NCBI GenBank assembly: GCA_051313645.2
Contig: JBNRSN020000003.1
Location: 195,052,001-195,116,000 of the forward strand
Reading direction: 5' to 3'
DNA: 64,000 nucleotides
Source of the DNA: Centroscyllium fabricii
Taxonomy: Eukaryota
The translations under genes and the position numbers were made by a program. The stretch's first letter is position 1. Each line of letters starts with the position of its first letter. Shown in pieces: positions 61,060-64,000 of the stretch. The notes below the pieces were generated by a model that saw only the letters and a list, made by a program, of their open reading frames with translations, had not been told where the DNA came from and made no database searches.

Positions 61060-64000
61060 TCAAGATCGACGGAGGGTGCTTTTAGGTACTGCCCCCGGGG
61101 CCGACGAACTGAGGACCGAGCCAGGTTGTGCTGCAGCCTGTGACTCCCTCACAGCTGCCAGCACTAACCTCTCTTCCTCCAGCTTCGCTTCCCTGGGACC
61201 GAGAGCCCCCTGGGCCGACGACCTGAGGACCGGGCCAGATCGTGCTGCAGCCTGTGACCCCGTCACATCTGTCAGCAACGACGTTCCCTCCTCTCGCCTC
61301 GTCGACGAACCGAAGGCCGGGCCGGATCGTGCTGCAGCCTGTGACTCCTTCACAGCTGCCAGCACCGACCCTCCCTCCTTCAGCTTCGCTTCCCCGGGAC
61401 TGGGATCTCTTGCGGCTTCTGACCTCACCTCACCTATCTCCTCAGGTGGTGAGTCTCCGCCCGCTATCCCTACCTCTTCGGCATTCGAGTCGAGAACGGA
61501 ACCCCCGTCCTCCTCCCCCTCCTCCTCCCCTGTGATTGACTCTAGCACTGGGTCGCGTAGGTCAATCAGGTCCAACCCTTGGTCGGGTTGGCCAATCGGA
61601 TCCAACACTTGGTCGTGTTGGTCCATCGGATCCAACACTTGGTCATGTTGGTCCGGCTCCTCCCCATCTGAATCCCACACAGCACGAGAGACCCTCCTCT
61701 CCTCCATCGGGGCCTCTCCTTTCACGCAGGCTACTTTACCTGCCTGCGCGACCTGTGGTCCTGCACTTGGCTGGGCGTTCCTACTCACAGGGCCTGCCCC
61801 TGTGGTCGACCCCTGCGTGCCCGACTTATACCTCTTGCACTGGTTTATATGAAACCACTTTGTGCGTCGGGGCACCTTCACCGCATAAACCATGGGGCTT
61901 GCCTTATCTACAATGCTGTAGGGCCCCATGTACAGTGGCTCTAAACTCCCTACCCAGGCGTAGTTCCTCACCATGACCAGGTCTCCCACTTCCCATTCTT
62001 GCGTTCTTCGGGGCTCCAACAACAGCTTGTTCCCCTGATGCTGTCTGCCCATGTTCCCTGCTGCCTGCTCGTGTACTTGCTTTAGGTGCTCGAACAGATT
62101 TTGGGCAAACCTGTCCTTCTTTACCTCTTCGAGCTGGCCTTCCGTGAGCACCGGGGCTAGTACATGAGTGGGGGTCCGCATGGCCCTTCCAGTCATTAGC
62201 TCGTGCGGGGAATACCCCGTACTTTTCGACTGGCTGGCCCTGATCCCCATGAGGATTAAAGGCAGGATCTCCGCCCATTTCTGGGGCGAGCCCATCGCCT
62301 CTTTCCTCAACCGTTCCTTAAGGGTTCGGTTCATGCGTTCCACAATCCCTGATGACTGGGGGTTGTGCGCTACGTGCCATTTCCCTTCAATGCCTAGGAG
62401 CATGAGGGTGTTCTGCATGACTTGGCTGGTGAAGTGACTCCCCTGGTCAGACTCCACAAAACGGGGAAGTCCCCACCGTGAGAACACCTCCCGGACCAAG
62501 ATCCTGGCCGTGCCTAAAGCCGTAGCCGTCCTACAGGGGAAAGCTTCCACCCACTTGGAGAACACGTCCACCAGGACGAGACAATATTTATAGCCTCCCT
62601 GGGCGGTGGGTAGGGGCCCTATATAGTCGACTTGTATTGACTGCCATGGTCCCTCCACCCTCCTGACGTGCCCCATCTGTGCTTTCCTCCTTTGGGGGTC
62701 TGGGTTGTTCGCAGCGCACACCAGGCAGCTTGCGCAGAACTCTCGGGCATCTTCCCTGAGTCCCGGCCACCACCCTGCCTGCTCTACCCGCTGCCACGTA
62801 ACCTCTGGCCCGGGGTGCCCTGCTCCTGGACCCTCGTGGGCCAATTGGAGAAATTCCCTCCTGTGCTGCTGCGGCACAACCCACTGTTCCTCCCTGAACA
62901 ACATACCCTCCTTAACGGAGAGGGTCGCCCTACTATACGGGCCCTCTACCTGCTTGTCCTCGCTAATAGCCTTGAGGACAGCTTTTAAAACGGGATCCTG
63001 GTTTTGGACCGTTTTGAGATCCAAAGGCAGGGGAACCCTGGGGCGGTTCCCCTCCTTATCCCGGATCGCTGCCACGGGTCCGGACCCATAGGGGTCCCAG
63101 AAAGTGCCTTCACGAGCACCCTCCTTGGCCTGCGCATCCGCCCGCTGATTGCCTCCCCCACGTGGTTCCGTGGAAGAGTGAGCCTTCACCTTGTGGATGA
63201 AGATCTCCCCTTCTTCCCCTACTGCCGCTAGGATCTTCTCCAACAAGGGCTTTACCGTTAATGGCCGCCCGTCCGCGGAAGTGTACCCGCGACGTGACCA
63301 TATGGCCAGATACTCCGTGCACGAGTTGCACGTAAACATACTATCTGAGCAAATTGTGTACGGGGTTGGGAAGGTCTCGGGGTGGGTTACCACGTACGCC
63401 ACCGCCGACAGCTCGGCCTGCTGCGCGCTCATGGTGCGGGGAAGCTTAACCGCCAAGGCAATGTCTGCCGTAGGGTCAAAAATCCCGCAGCCCGTGAGTC
63501 GTTCGCCAGCCACCACCGTGCTGGAACCATCAACATAGATCTCGCGGCCCGTGGGATGTATCCCGGCTCGCAGACCTATGTTCACCTCCCATACCCCCTC
63601 CACGGAACACCGATGGGTCGTTCCGGGGTACATCAAATTTGCTGCGAGCTTAGGCTCGCACAAACCCTCCACCTTTAAATCCATTTGGGACAAGAGAAGA
63701 GTCCAGCGCGCAATCCTCGCGCTGCTCACGGTCCCATCCTTTATCCTCCCATCCAGGAGCATCCTGGTGGGTGTGTGGTGGGTGAGGAGAGTAATGGGAG
63801 AGGTTCCCGTGAAGATTAATGATCTCTTCACGGCCCAATGCGTAGCTAAAAGATGCCGTTCGCAGTTGGAGAACCCCCTCTCCACCTCCGTGAGTACCCT
63901 TGAGGAATACACCACCGGTCGCAGCTTGCCGTGCCGCTCTTGGAGCAGCACCGCGCTCAAGCTGTCCTCGCCGGCTGCTACCTCCAAGGAAAACTCCTTC
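61060..64000 (-). CDS. pol: Pol C-terminal part: degenerate RNase H tether, RNase HI, integrase (HHCC, DDE, GPY), long low-complexity tail; 5'-partial
   Basis: 975 open codons: SAVLLQ..RPVVYSSR..CERHLLA; IYVDGSS, AQQAEL, ICSDS, HKVKAH, GNQRAD; H..H..CLVC; VDYIGP, SDQG, GIVER; YMGPY. Confidence 0.92.
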   Translation of the reverse strand, partial: KEFSLEVAAGEDSLSAVLLQERHGKLRPVVYSSRVLTEVERGFSNCERHLLATHWAVKRSLIFTGTSPITLLTHHTPTRMLLDGRIKDGTVSSARIARWTLLLSQMDLKVEGLCEPKLAANLMYPGTTHRCSVEGVWEVNIGLRAGIHPTGREIYVDGSSTVVAGERLTGCGIFDPTADIALAVKLPRTMSAQQAELSAVAYVVTHPETFPTPYTICSDSMFTCNSCTEYLAIWSRRGYTSADGRPLTVKPLLEKILAAVGEEGEIFIHKVKAHSSTEPRGGGNQRADAQAKEGAREGTFWDPYGSGPVAAIRDKEGNRPRVPLPLDLKTVQNQDPVLKAVLKAISEDKQVEGPYSRATLSVKEGMLFREEQWVVPQQHRREFLQLAHEGPGAGHPGPEVTWQRVEQAGWWPGLREDAREFCASCLVCAANNPDPQRRKAQMGHVRRVEGPWQSIQVDYIGPLPTAQGGYKYCLVLVDVFSKWVEAFPCRTATALGTARILVREVFSRWGLPRFVESDQGSHFTSQVMQNTLMLLGIEGKWHVAHNPQSSGIVERMNRTLKERLRKEAMGSPQKWAEILPLILMGIRASQSKSTGYSPHELMTGRAMRTPTHVLAPVLTEGQLEEVKKDRFAQNLFEHLKQVHEQAAGNMGRQHQGNKLLLEPRRTQEWEVGDLVMVRNYAWVGSLEPLYMGPYSIVDKASPMVYAVKVPRRTKWFHINQCKRYKSGTQGSTTGAGPVSRNAQPSAGPQVAQAGKVACVKGEAPMEERRVSRAVWDSDGEEPDQHDQVLDPMDQHDQVLDPIGQPDQGLDLIDLRDPVLESITGEEEGEEDGGSVLDSNAEEVGIAGGDSPPEEIGEVRSEAARDPSPGEAKLKEGGSVLAAVKESQAAARSGPAFGSSTRREEGTSLLTDVTGSQAAARSGPVLRSSAQGALGPREAKLEEERLVLAAVRESQAAAQPGSVLSSSAPGAVPKSTLRRS

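Larger units (their letters stand above)
57303..64000 (-). mobile_element. Retrovirus-like LTR element with dual RNase H (lokiretrovirus/Odin/NYNRIN-like); 5' part outside window
   Basis: Pol ORF with tether, RNase H and integrase; PPT AGGAGGGAC at 59004-59012; LTR with TGTAAGG..CCTTACA termini. Confidence 0.85.

Noticed and set aside
61076-61852. 258-aa antisense ORF opposite the integrase tail
   Set aside because: Expected shadow of GC-rich, in-frame repeats; no independent support.

Overview
Eukaryotic DNA, most likely a shark or other elasmobranch (inferred from HE1-type V-SINEs and CR1 LINEs sharing a (TTTCTATG)n tail). No host protein-coding gene, rRNA/tRNA gene or CRISPR array can be supported. 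The window is a dense nest of mobile elements: five Ty3/Gypsy elements (two Mag-like, three young CsRN1-type), two solo LTRs, CR1-group LINEs, an RTE LINE, Penelope-like fragments with minimal hammerhead ribozymes, Harbinger remnants and MITEs, and SINEs. Most tracked ORFs are shadow or antisense frames of these elements. Four observations stand out. (1) 57303-64000(-): an LTR element with retrovirus-type Pol (eroded tether RNase H, a second complete RNase H, integrase), a 1.7-kb LTR and no env, i.e. a lokiretrovirus/Odin-like architecture. (2) 30810-33326(-): a young, non-coding Tf1/sushi-type element with 1174-bp LTRs around only 169 bp of internal sequence, an exact 11-nt self-priming match, and a 5x100-bp array in each LTR. 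(3) 4802-9926: an RTE insertion with the geometry of a twin-priming 5' inversion. (4) 47754-48899: a fold-back Penelope insertion encoding a hammerhead ribozyme on each strand. Family assignments come from motif recognition by eye; no searches were run.
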